Assembly (NCBI GenBank): GCA_046538485.1
Contig: JBKHIT010000011.1
Coordinates: 32,693 to 96,692 of the forward strand
DNA length: 64,000 nt
Origin: Candidatus Brocadiia bacterium
Lineage (GTDB): Bacteria; Planctomycetota; Brocadiia; SM23-32
Direction of reading: 5' to 3'
A program made the position numbers and the translations under genes. Position 1 is the first letter of the stretch. Every line of letters starts with the position of its first letter. Under the pieces are notes generated by a model, which was not told the origin of the DNA, searched no databases, and saw only the letters and a list, made by a program, of their open reading frames with translations. Below, piece after piece: positions 38,706 through 48,747 of this stretch.

Positions 38706-41207
38706 ATGACGCCAGGATTTCATGAGCTTGCGGTGGCAGCAATTCTATCTCTCGCCTTTGTGCAGGTTGCCTGCGCGGCGACGGCGGGTGTTTCGCAGAA
38801 AAACGATCTTATCATTGCGGAGAAAGGCAAAACCGAAACCATCATCGTTGTCTCGCCCGAAGCGAAAAAAGACGAGGGGTTTGAAAACAAACGCCGCCTT
38901 GCCAGCCCCACCAGCTGCGAGCGGTTTGCCGCCGAGGACCTCGCCCGCTATATCGGGTTGATGACGGGGACGCGCCCTTCGGTTGCCGACACCGAAGAAG
39001 CGATCCGGGAAGCACTTGCAGAGAAACAAAAACCCGTTCTGATTGTGGGGTCAGAAGCATCGAAAACCGCCCCTGCGGTCGGCAAAACGCTTAAGAAAGT
39101 GGCGACGACTGACCCCTTGCTCATGGCGGATGCCATCGTCGTGCGACGTGACCGTAACCGGGTTTACATAGCGGGTATGACTGACGCCGGACATTATCAC
39201 GCGGTGGCCGAACTGCTCCATCGCTGGGGATGCCGTTGGTATACTCCGACTGAATTTGGCGAGTGCATCCCCCAACACGAAAAGCTTGCCGTGGGCAAAC
39301 TCGATTATGCTTACGCGGCTCCGTTTGAAATGCGGGAGTACTGGATTTCCTGGAATGGTAGCTATAAGGGATATATACCTTTCAAACTTCGCAATCGTAT
39401 GACCGTGGGGCTGCCGAAGATCAGCGCCGGCCACGCTCTCGGTCCCCTGACAAAAGAGATCGTCCCCGAGGATAAATCGATCTTTGAAATCCCAATCGCC
39501 AGCGAAAAAACGGCACAACACGTGGCCGACAAGATCATGAAACGACTCGAGAAAGGAGATACTCTCACCGCTTCTGTCTCGATATCGGACGGCATATATC
39601 GCTCGGATCACGAACGCGACGTGAAGCTTCGCGCGGGGATGTTCGATAAATATTTCCTCGTGCCGGCGATGAGCGACGTTTTCATGACGCTCTACAACCG
39701 TGTTTGCGAGATCATCGCGGAGAAAAAGCCCGAGCTGAGCAAGAAGATGCGAATCGGTTTCCTGGCCTACAGTAATATGACGATTCCGCCTCAGAGGGTT
39801 TTTGAAGCGGCCGATCCGCTCTTCTGCGAACTGGCCCCGATCGATATCGATCCCAATCACGGCATGAACGATCTGTGGTCGCCGCCTCGCCAGGAATACC
39901 GCGAGATCATGTATCGCTGGGCCAAAATCATGGAAGGTCGTGTGATGATCTACGATTACGACCAGGGCATGCTGGTATGGCGCGACATCCCTAATCCAAG
40001 CTATATGGCCTTTCAGCAGGACGTCAGGCATTACGCGAAAGCAGGCATCCTCGGGGTGAAAACGGAAAGTCGCAACGCGATCGCCACCACGTTCCTGAAC
40101 CTCCACCTGCGAGGTCAGCTTATGTGGGATCCCGAACTCGATTTGGAATCCCATCTCGAGGAGTTCTACGGCAAGTTCTATGGCCCTGCGGCCGAACCGA
40201 TGAGTCGTTACTGGGGAACGATTTTCGAGGCGTGGGACGAGACGATCGTAACGGAACATGAATTTTTCACCGCCCCAGCGATTTATACCGCGGAGGTTGT
40301 GGAAAAAATGCGCTCGTCACTCAAGGATGGAGAAAAGGCTATATCGGATCTGCAGGGCGGGAAAGATCTCTCGCGTAACGAAAAACTCTTCCTCGATCGT
40401 ATGAAGTTCACCCGATTGTCGTTTGAAATACTGGATAACTATATGGGGATGGTTCGAACCGGAGCTACCAACTGTGACTACAAACGGGCTCATTCCCACG
40501 GCATAGAGGGGCTTAAGAAGGTGAAAGAGATCGCCCGCATGAATCCAACGTTCGCCACGCGGGTTATCGGCCGTGCGGCACTGCCCGATTACGGCGGAAG
40601 TCCCGCCTGGTGGCCGGGGGAAGTGAAACTTTACGAGGATTTCAAGAAACTCACTGACGGAACGGAGGGTCGGCTTGTCAAAAAGTTGCCCCTGAAATGG
40701 GCTTTCCGACGCGATCCCAACGACACCGGTCTTGCGCGTGGGTGGGGTTACCGAGAAAAGATCGATCTCTCATACTGGGAACAACACAAGGGTGAAATAA
40801 CGATCCGAAACCGCAAGGATTATCCGACCACCGAGTGGGAAATGCTGCGTACGGATCTCTACATGCAGGCCCAGGGCGTTCTCCACCCCGATCGGCAGGC
40901 TTTTACCGGCTATGCCTGGTATCAAACGCCGGTTCAGCTCAATAAGAAAGAGGCCGACCAACCGGTGCACATCAGGTTTCCCGGCCTCTTCGGAGAAAGC
41001 TGGCTGTACTGCAATGGGAAACTGGTCGCACACCGCGAGCAGAATCCCATGTGGTGGCACAACAGTTACGCTTTCAACTGGGACGTCGATCTGGGAGGAC
41101 ACGTCAGGACGGGAGAAAACCTGCTGGTACTACGAAATTATACTGAGCATCACGTCGGGGGAATGTTCCGGAGACCGTTCCTTTATGCATCTGTGAAGCA
41201 AGATTAG
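38706..41207 (+). CDS. Secreted DUF4838-domain protein with a C-terminal galactose-binding-like (GH2 sugar-binding) domain
   Basis: Signal peptide after a GGAGG RBS; AAEDLARYIGLMTG, GCRWYTP...GE.IP, IGFLAYSN..IPP, LMWDP, FYGKFYGPAA; C-terminal W.FR.DP..G...GW, GYAWY, L..NGKLV..R. Confidence 0.8.
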   Translation: MTPGFHELAVAAILSLAFVQVACAATAGVSQKNDLIIAEKGKTETIIVVSPEAKKDEGFENKRRLASPTSCERFAAEDLARYIGLMTGTRPSVADTEEAIREALAEKQKPVLIVGSEASKTAPAVGKTLKKVATTDPLLMADAIVVRRDRNRVYIAGMTDAGHYHAVAELLHRWGCRWYTPTEFGECIPQHEKLAVGKLDYAYAAPFEMREYWISWNGSYKGYIPFKLRNRMTVGLPKISAGHALGPLTKEIVPEDKSIFEIPIASEKTAQHVADKIMKRLEKGDTLTASVSISDGIYRSDHERDVKLRAGMFDKYFLVPAMSDVFMTLYNRVCEIIAEKKPELSKKMRIGFLAYSNMTIPPQRVFEAADPLFCELAPIDIDPNHGMNDLWSPPRQEYREIMYRWAKIMEGRVMIYDYDQGMLVWRDIPNPSYMAFQQDVRHYAKAGILGVKTESRNAIATTFLNLHLRGQLMWDPELDLESHLEEFYGKFYGPAAEPMSRYWGTIFEAWDETIVTEHEFFTAPAIYTAEVVEKMRSSLKDGEKAISDLQGGKDLSRNEKLFLDRMKFTRLSFEILDNYMGMVRTGATNCDYKRAHSHGIEGLKKVKEIARMNPTFATRVIGRAALPDYGGSPAWWPGEVKLYEDFKKLTDGTEGRLVKKLPLKWAFRRDPNDTGLARGWGYREKIDLSYWEQHKGEITIRNRKDYPTTEWEMLRTDLYMQAQGVLHPDRQAFTGYAWYQTPVQLNKKEADQPVHIRFPGLFGESWLYCNGKLVAHREQNPMWWHNSYAFNWDVDLGGHVRTGENLLVLRNYTEHHVGGMFRRPFLYASVKQD

Positions 41208-41535
41208 GGGAAGAGCACTATTTAACGAGTTCAAGCGCGGTTTTGCGAACAGAGACAATTCCGCCCCCCCCAGAGTCGCAAGCCATATTTTGTCTCCGGC
41301 TCGGATCAGGCCTTTGCCAACGGCGTGATCCGGCCCGAGACTCTTAAATCCTCGGCGCGTTTCCCGGGGGCGTGTACGATCATGCCATGGTTTGGCGCCA
41401 TCCACAGAATGGAATCGATTTCCAGAATGTCGTAGATATTATCCCAGAATAAAGCGTCGCGCTGTCCCCTGTAGCTAAAACCCGCCCCATCGGTCTATCC
41501 ATTCATCGAGAAGACGATTATTCGAAATAGTCCAG

Positions 41536-42627
41536 TTAAGAAATGACGTTTTCGACGGCGCTGTCGAGAATGGGAGCGACGCTGTCCCAACCATAATCTT
41601 TGACGCTATCTTTGATATTCAGCGAACGAATTGTCTCGGGTTTTTCTGCCCACCGTGCGAGTTGCTCCACGAGTTCCTCGTCCGATTTGTAGAGATGTCG
41701 CGCGTGAAGGTGTTCCGGGATCAGCTCAGGATAACTGAGCCGGTGCGGCAACAGCGGCACGCAACCGGCGTAAATCGCTTCAACCACTGCAATGCCGAAG
41801 AACTCGTGCCGGGCCGTCGAAACGACGACGTCTCCGTCCAGAAGATTGCGCCGATATTCCTCGCGCGTCTCGGCAAAGCCGAAGTGCACGATGTGTTCAT
41901 CGAGTTCGCGCCGGGCCTTCTCAAAGATCTCCGGCTGATCGCGAAAAGTCTCCCCCATTACACACAGTTCGAAATCCGCCCTCTGTTCGTTCAGTTTTTG
42001 CATGGCCAGGAAAAAGCGCCCCGGTCCTTTATCAAATTCCCAGCGGTGATTCCATACGATCCTGAGCGGCCCGGTCGGTTTGTTGGATTCACTGCGAAGC
42101 CGGTCGATTTCATTGAGATTTACGCCAACCGGTATTACATCTGCATTTTCCCGGATGGCTGAGGTAACATTCTCAGGCCGGTGATCCGGCATTTTTCCAA
42201 GTAATTCATCGACTGCGTCCAGGAAACTATCAAGATGGAAATGTGTATTGAAAAAAACTCGGTCGGCTGCGAGGCACGAGGTGATATTGGTAAAACCGAA
42301 TTGGTAGTCGCGTTCAGCTTCGTCCTGGACCGGATAGGTGAGCTGATTTTCATGGAAGTAGGCGACAAGCGGGACATTCTCAAGTTCTGTTTTTGTCAAA
42401 GTCCCAAAAGCCGCCAGATCGAGGAAATCACTTGCGATCACAGCATCGGGAGCAAATTCGGGAAGACATTGGCTGAAGTAAACGGCCGCCCCCCTCATCC
42501 GCCATTTCCATTTTCGTGCTGGCAGCGTAAGGAGTCGAATTGTATGACGGCTTTGTTTTTGCCATCCGTCAGCAAAAGCCCTGTGCGATCCACCATAGTA
42601 CGGTTCAATAAAAAGGATATTTGCCAC
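41536..42627 (-). CDS. GT-B glycosyltransferase with DUF3524 N-terminus (GTDC1/QTMAN-like)
   Basis: EPYYGGSH, LTLPARKWKWRMRGAA, YFHENQLTYP, NITSCLAAD.V.FN..FH, WNHRWEFDKGP, STARHEFFGIAVVEA, P.RLSYPE. Confidence 0.9.
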   Translation of the reverse strand: MANILFIEPYYGGSHRAFADGWQKQSRHTIRLLTLPARKWKWRMRGAAVYFSQCLPEFAPDAVIASDFLDLAAFGTLTKTELENVPLVAYFHENQLTYPVQDEAERDYQFGFTNITSCLAADRVFFNTHFHLDSFLDAVDELLGKMPDHRPENVTSAIRENADVIPVGVNLNEIDRLRSESNKPTGPLRIVWNHRWEFDKGPGRFFLAMQKLNEQRADFELCVMGETFRDQPEIFEKARRELDEHIVHFGFAETREEYRRNLLDGDVVVSTARHEFFGIAVVEAIYAGCVPLLPHRLSYPELIPEHLHARHLYKSDEELVEQLARWAEKPETIRSLNIKDSVKDYGWDSVAPILDSAVENVIS

Positions 42628-43469
42628 TATTTTGCCTCTGTTTTTGAAGTCCCCTCAAAAGGTCCGAACAAAGTTGCCGGATTCTGGACAAAAAGGCGGC
42701 CTTTTAGGTCAGAATCCGCGAAGAAAATCGCGACTTTTTTCAGTGTTTTAAGCTGATCCTGCCAGGGGCTGTCCGTTCCGAACAATAAACGGTCTTTTGG
42801 ATGTCGATCAATAATTTTTCTCAATATCTCTTCGTTTATGTAACCAAACGTGTAGGAAGTCTCCAGATAGATATCTTCCCCGGCGAGTTTTTCCAGGACA
42901 GCATCCCATCTACGCCAGCCTCCCATGTGGGTTGCAATAATTGTAAGTTCGGGAAAATTGCGGTGGATCGAGAGAATTTTCTGCGGGTGGGCTCGTTCAT
43001 CATCGTCGGGAAATGCAAAATCAAGCCCACAGTGAAACGTTACAAGCAGATCGTTTTCCATCGCTTCCTGGAGGATGGGGCGAATACCGGGATCGGCGAG
43101 GTCAAAATCCTGGTATTGAGGGTGCAGTTTGAGGCCGGCGAGCCCCGTTTGAGCAATTTTTCTGACGCAAACTTCCGGATTTTCGTTATCTGGATGGACC
43201 GATGCCAGCGGTATAATTCTTGGTCCCTTAACTTTCCGGGACCAGGCAAGTATTGATTTGAACTGATTCGGGGCGGTCGCGATCGAGCACACCACGCTTC
43301 GTTGGATGCCCGCGTGGTTCATAGATCGGATCAAACTACCGATGGTCCCGTCGGTGACTGCCCGTGCATCGTCCTGCGATTGTTCAAGCGTCGAAATCGC
43401 GTGATGCGCTAAACCATCGGGAAAAGCGTGCGTATGAACATCTGTGATACCCGTTTGATCCGTCATCAC
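42627..43469 (-). CDS. Amidohydrolase family protein (Amidohydro_2 type)
   Basis: DVHTHAFPD, SIAT.P.Q, GLKLHPQYQ, FHCG.D, THMGGW, YLETSY, LFGTDSPW; its TAG overlaps the GTG of the next gene. Confidence 0.9.
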   Translation of the reverse strand: MMTDQTGITDVHTHAFPDGLAHHAISTLEQSQDDARAVTDGTIGSLIRSMNHAGIQRSVVCSIATAPNQFKSILAWSRKVKGPRIIPLASVHPDNENPEVCVRKIAQTGLAGLKLHPQYQDFDLADPGIRPILQEAMENDLLVTFHCGLDFAFPDDDERAHPQKILSIHRNFPELTIIATHMGGWRRWDAVLEKLAGEDIYLETSYTFGYINEEILRKIIDRHPKDRLLFGTDSPWQDQLKTLKKVAIFFADSDLKGRLFVQNPATLFGPFEGTSKTEAK

Positions 43470-43471
43470 GT

Positions 43472-44581
43472 TTATCCGATCTCAGCTTTCAGACCGTTAT
43501 GGTCAATATTGAGCGGTACAACGTATTCTTCCCCCAGTTCTTCTCCCATTGTGGATACAACTTCTTCCCGTCGATTCGGTGCCAGGAGGATGAGCCCCGG
43601 CCGATTTCCGAAGGCAAAAGTGAGCTTTGCACCGAGAGCCCCCGCCTCGACGGCCTCCTTGCGCAATTCCGGCAGTCGGGTGTCGGGGAATCCCATGTAG
43701 TCCTGGATGAGCGCGCTCTCTTCATCACATATTTCGGCAAGCCGGTCATTATCAGTGACCGGGGCCATTTTTTCTATGCGCGTCTGAATCATCTCGCGCA
43801 CTCTCAGCAGTCCGTAGAGGATTGAGATCTCGGTATCGGTCAGTTTCCCATCGGTCATTTCGAACAACGCGCCGATGTCATCTTCTGTTTGGCTGATTAA
43901 TTTAGAAGCCCCATCCATTTTTTGCAGGGCACTTAACAGATCTTCTTCCCATTGTTGCCTGCCCGGTTGAGGTTCACCCTCCGGGTCAAGAACAAGGACA
44001 ACAGACTCGGATGGCAGAATCCACTGGATGTTAAGGGGTTCCCCTGTGCTACTGAGATACATCGCCCCACCACGGAGAGACGCACAACAGCGAGCGTCGA
44101 ACTGTTGCGGGTGGATGCGCCTTTCGCCCGAGGCCGATTCAAGGAGCATACCGGCAGTTTCGAGGAGCTCTTTTTCCCTGATTTGCCGGTCGGGACCTCT
44201 GTGAGCGAATACTGCTGCAGCTAAGGCAACACCGGCCGCAGGGCTTGATAGCAATTCTTCGTTTCGGCAACAGGCTTGCCAATTTCCGTAAGAGAGACAG
44301 ATGTCAAGACCGTGCAGTTCATCGGAATCATATCGAGTTGTTTCAAGAATGGCATGTTTTAATCGGTCGAGAGCGTTTTTGCCGGCTGAGGTTTCGGTTC
44401 CTGAAACGAGTCGGATATGGAAGTCTTCGAGAGTTTCATGGACTTCCACTTCAAGGTGGGAGTCACTGGCAAATACGATTGAGCCGAGGCCAAGCAGGTG
44501 TTGTTTTTCGCCGGCCAGACAGAAAGAATGAGGGACAGAGAACTGGCCGAATTCTCTCGCATGCAGAGTGAAATCTCGCAA
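43472..44581 (-). CDS. GHMP kinase-fold protein with degenerate motifs
   Basis: P.SF.LAGE (cf. PG...L.GEH), LLSSPAAGVALAAA (cf. GLGSSAA), D..CASLRGG, EAGALGAKLTFAFG (cf. GALGAKLTGAGGGG); TTG start after GGAG. Confidence 0.6.
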   Translation of the reverse strand: MRDFTLHAREFGQFSVPHSFCLAGEKQHLLGLGSIVFASDSHLEVEVHETLEDFHIRLVSGTETSAGKNALDRLKHAILETTRYDSDELHGLDICLSYGNWQACCRNEELLSSPAAGVALAAAVFAHRGPDRQIREKELLETAGMLLESASGERRIHPQQFDARCCASLRGGAMYLSSTGEPLNIQWILPSESVVLVLDPEGEPQPGRQQWEEDLLSALQKMDGASKLISQTEDDIGALFEMTDGKLTDTEISILYGLLRVREMIQTRIEKMAPVTDNDRLAEICDEESALIQDYMGFPDTRLPELRKEAVEAGALGAKLTFAFGNRPGLILLAPNRREEVVSTMGEELGEEYVVPLNIDHNGLKAEIG

Positions 44582-44655
44582 TATGATTCTCCAAAACGGG
44601 GATTAAAAAAGGAATGCGATTCGGCAGTGGGTTAACAACAGGAATAGGAGACGAA

Positions 44656-45255
44656 CTACATTTCTTTCCACTTCCCTACGGGATCCGCTTCCGGCCCCGG
44701 TCCCTCGTATTTTTCGCCGGTGGTGGCATTAACGCCGCATCGGGGACAGACATTTGCGCCTGGCGGAAGGGGAATACTGCAGTCTTCATTGACGCAGACT
44801 TTTTGCCCGGGTCGCAAGCTGATCCGCCCGCTATGCCCCGCCCGGCGGAGTCGTTCGACCTGGCCACCCGTGCCACCTTCTTCTTGTCTTTTGCCTTTTT
44901 TAAGAACGCGGCTCAGTTGTTTCTCGAGTATACGCGGCGGAATCCGCAAAACACGTTGTTTGGTCCGTCCCTTTGCAGGTTTTGGCAATACTACCCGACG
45001 CCCACAAACTTTACACTTAACCGTTTTGCCCGCTCGATCAGGAGGTTCGACGATGAAACGTCCGCAGGTACACATCGCGGCAATATTCGGGGCAAGCGCC
45101 TCGTCAACCATGAGAAATTGGAGTCCCGTACGGAGATAACTTCCGCAATGAGGACAGGGGAATATCCTACCCAGTAATTCCGGATCAATTAGCAGCTCTT
45201 TGCCGCAGATACATTTAATCTGGATTGCATTATCTTTTGTGGTCTCCTGTGCCAT
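44656..45255 (-). CDS. Triple zinc-ribbon protein
   Basis: CICG..CPHC, CTCG..CKVC, CVNEDC..CPRC; ATG at 45255 after AGGAGG. Confidence 0.75.
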   Translation of the reverse strand: MAQETTKDNAIQIKCICGKELLIDPELLGRIFPCPHCGSYLRTGLQFLMVDEALAPNIAAMCTCGRFIVEPPDRAGKTVKCKVCGRRVVLPKPAKGRTKQRVLRIPPRILEKQLSRVLKKGKRQEEGGTGGQVERLRRAGHSGRISLRPGQKVCVNEDCSIPLPPGANVCPRCGVNATTGEKYEGPGPEADPVGKWKEM

Positions 45256-45480
45256 ACATCCTCCTGTCATTATTATAGAAGCCCGAATTCGAAAAAGCAA
45301 CGTTGCGATATCCGGTAAATACCCGATTTGACCCTCCGGAGGCCTTGGGATAAACTCACGGATCCATCCGGAGTACCGGTCTGGATTCAGCGGGGAATAC
45401 GGCCGAGTATTATCTGCCCTCCTGAATCCATGTGTTCCACGCGAGTTGTCCTCTTTCCCAGCTTATACCGGAGACCAGAT

Positions 45481-47367
45481 ATGCCGTTTATAAATGACCC
45501 AGAGCGAATTCATGAACTGCTTGACCGAGAAGTACTGGCGAATGTTGAGCAGCCTGGACAGTATGTCAACGGGGAAATAAACGCTATTTACAAGGCATCT
45601 GCCGGGGTGGATATAAATACCGCACTGTGTTTCCCCGATCGATATACGGTAGGTATGTCGCATCTCGGTTATCAGATTCTTTACTCTCTTGTGAATAATC
45701 TGGATTGGGCGTGTGCCGAACGAGCGTACGCGCCGTGCCCGGATATGCAGGCAGAAATGCGCAAACGGGGTATCCCCTTGTTCACCCTGGAAAGTTTCCG
45801 GCCAGTCCGCACATTTGACGTTATAGGATTTACGTTACAGTCTGAGCTGCTTTACTCCAACATTCTCGCCATGTTGGATCTCGCGGGAGTGCCCCTGAAA
45901 AGCTCGAATCGCCGTGAAACCGATCCCTTCGTCATCGCAGGGGGCCCGGGAGCACTCAACCCCGAGCCTCTCGCGGATTTTTTCGATATTTTTTTTATCG
46001 GGGATGGAGAAGCAAACTTGCTGCCTTTCCTTACTCTGCTCCGTGAATCCAAAGCTGCCGGCAAAAACCGCGATGAGGTCCTTCTGCTGTGTGCCCGGGA
46101 AGCTCCGGGGGGGTATGTCCCCGGGCTGTACAATGTTGAATATGAAACAAACGGTTTGGTCAAATCCGTACAACCTTGCAACAAGAATATCCCTGTGAGA
46201 GTCCGCACCGCTCGTGTCGATAACCTTGACGATGCTCCTTTCCCTGCCAATCCAGTTGTGCCGCTTGTTGATACGGTTCACGACCGAATTACTCTTGAGA
46301 TTATGCGGGGATGCACTCGAGGATGCAGGTTCTGTCATGCCGGAATGACCGATCGTCCGACACGATATCGATCATCTAAAAAACTGATCGAGCTTGCTCT
46401 CGAATCCTACAGAAATACCGGCTACGAGGAGATATCGCTCGTTTCACTGTCTTCCAGCGATTACTCTGATCTGAAGCCGCTTTTGGAAGAACTGACCGAA
46501 CATTTCGATCCGTTGAATGTCAGCATATCTCTGCCAAGCCTCCGCGTTTCCGATCAACTCGAACTCTTAGTTGGTCCCCTCAGCAGCGTGCGTAAAGGAG
46601 GTCTTACCCTCGCTCCGGAAGCGGCCACAGAAAGATTGCGGCGGATAATCAACAAGGATATTACTGAAGAGGACCTTCTCAGCGGTTTAAAAGCGGCTGG
46701 AGAAGAAGGATATCGGCATGCAAAGCTCTATTTTATGATCGGATTGCCGGGTGAGACTGAAGATGATGTGCGCGAAATCGCTGGTCTTTGCCAACGAGCG
46801 CTTGGGAATTCGAATACGCCCGGAAATCCCGGATTCCAAAAATTGAACGTTACGATTTCGCCTTTTGTTCCCAAAGCCCACACACCGTTCCAATGGGAAC
46901 CCATGGCTTCCCTGGCAGAACTGAAACGGAAAACACACATGCCTCAAAATGAAACATCGGATGGTCGGATCCGTTATAAATACCATGATCCCCGACAATC
47001 AGTTCTTGAAGCTGTTATCGCCCGCGGGAGCCGCCAGGTGGGGCAGATGATACGTCGAGCGTGGGAGCTCGGAGCGCAGTTCGATGCCTGGGATGAATAT
47101 TTCCGTTTTGAGCTCTGGGAAAAGACGTTTGCGGAGTTCGGCCTGGATGTACATGCCGATGCAGAAAAAAGTGAACATCCCGATTCGCCTTTTCGGCGTC
47201 GAGGAGAAAATGAGATTTTACCCTGGCATCATATCGATTGCGGCGTTCGAGCTGAATTCCTGCTATCGGAGCTGGAAAAAAGCCGTCAGCAGACATTTAC
47301 GCCGGATTGCCGAACAGGAGAATGTCAACAGTGTGGAGCGTGTCAAGGCACTGAATCAACCCAATAA
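45481..47367 (+). CDS. TIGR03960-like B12-binding radical SAM protein
   Basis: V.QPGQY.NGE.N, FPD.Y.VGMSHLG, EIMRGCTRGCRFCHAG (CxxxCxxC), SLPSLR, LAPEA.TERLR..INK, KLYFMIGLPGET, FVPKAHTPFQW, FDAWDE, C-terminal CxxCGxC; start trimmed to 45481. Confidence 0.9.
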   Translation: MPFINDPERIHELLDREVLANVEQPGQYVNGEINAIYKASAGVDINTALCFPDRYTVGMSHLGYQILYSLVNNLDWACAERAYAPCPDMQAEMRKRGIPLFTLESFRPVRTFDVIGFTLQSELLYSNILAMLDLAGVPLKSSNRRETDPFVIAGGPGALNPEPLADFFDIFFIGDGEANLLPFLTLLRESKAAGKNRDEVLLLCAREAPGGYVPGLYNVEYETNGLVKSVQPCNKNIPVRVRTARVDNLDDAPFPANPVVPLVDTVHDRITLEIMRGCTRGCRFCHAGMTDRPTRYRSSKKLIELALESYRNTGYEEISLVSLSSSDYSDLKPLLEELTEHFDPLNVSISLPSLRVSDQLELLVGPLSSVRKGGLTLAPEAATERLRRIINKDITEEDLLSGLKAAGEEGYRHAKLYFMIGLPGETEDDVREIAGLCQRALGNSNTPGNPGFQKLNVTISPFVPKAHTPFQWEPMASLAELKRKTHMPQNETSDGRIRYKYHDPRQSVLEAVIARGSRQVGQMIRRAWELGAQFDAWDEYFRFELWEKTFAEFGLDVHADAEKSEHPDSPFRRRGENEILPWHHIDCGVRAEFLLSELEKSRQQTFTPDCRTGECQQCGACQGTESTQ

Positions 47368-47437
47368 ATTCCCAATGAGACGAGCAGGGGCTGATGCGCG
47401 AGGAGGGATATATTAAGGAAGTTCTTCTGGTTGGCTC

Positions 47438-48046
47438 TCAGTTATACGGGTTTTTGGGAAGGATTATGCCGGCGCAAACAGCAGCCAGAAGTGCTTTGCA
47501 GACGTCCCATATGATAAACGGAAAAACTGCCTGAGGCATAACAACAGCCGGAGCCACTCCGGCGTAAAAAGCATAGTGAACAGCGCCAAAAAGATATATT
47601 ATTCCGACCGCTGGCACCATTAAAAAGGTCAAGGGTATCGGTTTTCGAAAACAGGGATATTTATCTGCGACAAAACCGATCAAGGCAGCCGCGGGGATAA
47701 ATCCCAGTAGATAACCGCCCGTCGGGCCTGCCAGCATCGCAAAACCGCCAGCGAGGCCGTTAAACCAGGGCAATCCAAAAGCGCCCGCGGTGACGTAGAA
47801 CGCCATACTCAAGGCCCCATAGCCTTGCCCCAAAAGAATCCCTGCCAGCAAAACTGCAAAGACCTGACCCGTTACCGGCACGGGCGTGCCCGGGACATGA
47901 AACCGAATCTGAGCCAACACTCCGGTCAGCAACGCAACGCCGACCGAAAGACCGAGACGAGCCGGAATTGACAGGGAATTTCGCCAATCAAACGCTTCTG
48001 ACCGCTTTTTGTCCCAGTAGTCCATAATATGCGTTGCGCTTGCCAT
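47438..48046 (-). CDS. bioY: Biotin transporter BioY
   Basis: PVPVTGQVFAVLLAG..LG, G..GLPWF, GPTGGYLLGF..AA, IYLFG, PFI..D..K; start 48046 or 48079. Confidence 0.93.
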   Translation of the reverse strand: MASATHIMDYWDKKRSEAFDWRNSLSIPARLGLSVGVALLTGVLAQIRFHVPGTPVPVTGQVFAVLLAGILLGQGYGALSMAFYVTAGAFGLPWFNGLAGGFAMLAGPTGGYLLGFIPAAALIGFVADKYPCFRKPIPLTFLMVPAVGIIYLFGAVHYAFYAGVAPAVVMPQAVFPFIIWDVCKALLAAVCAGIILPKNPYN

Positions 48047-48445
48047 CTCGTTCTTATCTCCAAACCTTGCGTTTGCCATCGGCCAATTTTAACACAGCTA
48101 AAGCATAAAGGATAGCGTCTGGTGGTTGTGAATTTCAAGAGTACAGTGGAGATTTTGCGCTTCAGGTCTTCTCAAGCGTCGGTAGACTTCAATTTGCGAA
48201 AGATTTCCCGCTCTTCCGAGAAGTTGTCGGGTGCATATCATTATGCTTGGTTAAGTAAAAATCCGGCGTTCCGGCCCGAACAGAACAGGAGAACCTCTGG
48301 ACAGTGGGTTCTGGCAATTTCCTTTTTCCATCGCGCTAAGCGATTTTTGCTAATAGGCTTACAATTATAGCAAGCAGCCCGCACGGTCAATTAATTGCGC
48401 CGCGATAGCGCTTTTCGCGAATTCTCGTCTTTGTTTTGCCCCCAC

Positions 48446-48635
48446 AAAAAAGCGGAGGCCTTCTTCGCAAGCCTCCGGCAAGACTTGCGAAAGAAGGCCA
48501 AATTCCCCCCGGCCGTCCCTCGGGCGGGGGAAACCCCTCTCCGCTATTTAATGAGACCACCTTTTAAAAGCGAGAAAGACCAGTTATGCGGTTTTCAGGT
48601 CTTACCCCAAACGATACTTAATTTGTCTCTGACAA
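48446..48635 (-). ncRNA. Candidate sigma54-dependent structured small RNA (~190 nt)
   Basis: No ATG; follows a -24/-12 promoter; 3' half folds into two GC-rich hairpins closed by AGCGGA/TCCGCT and ends in T6. Confidence 0.55.
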
Positions 48636-48645
48636 GTCGAAGAGA

Positions 48646-48661
48646 TGCAAACGGCACGCCA
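48646..48661 (-). promoter_or_regulatory. sigma54 (-24/-12) promoter
   Basis: Minus strand TGGCGTGCCGTTTGCA matches TGGCACG-N4-TTGCW at exact spacing. Confidence 0.7.
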
Positions 48662-48747
48662 GAAAAAGAAGTTTCCGCTGAGAATATGAAAAATTATATT
48701 AAGGACAGGCCTGGGGGATGCAACAAAGAGCAACGGGCCAAAAAAGA

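Noticed and set aside
41208..41535. Hairpins and short ORFs in the convergent gap between the DUF4838 and glycosyltransferase genes
   Set aside because: Only modest GC-rich pairing, no second copy noticed and no recognisable motif
48047..48445. Biotin riboswitch or BirA operator upstream of bioY
   Set aside because: No TGTTAAC-N14-16-GTTAACA-like site; the strong structure lies ~400 nt away and ends in a U-tract under a separate promoter
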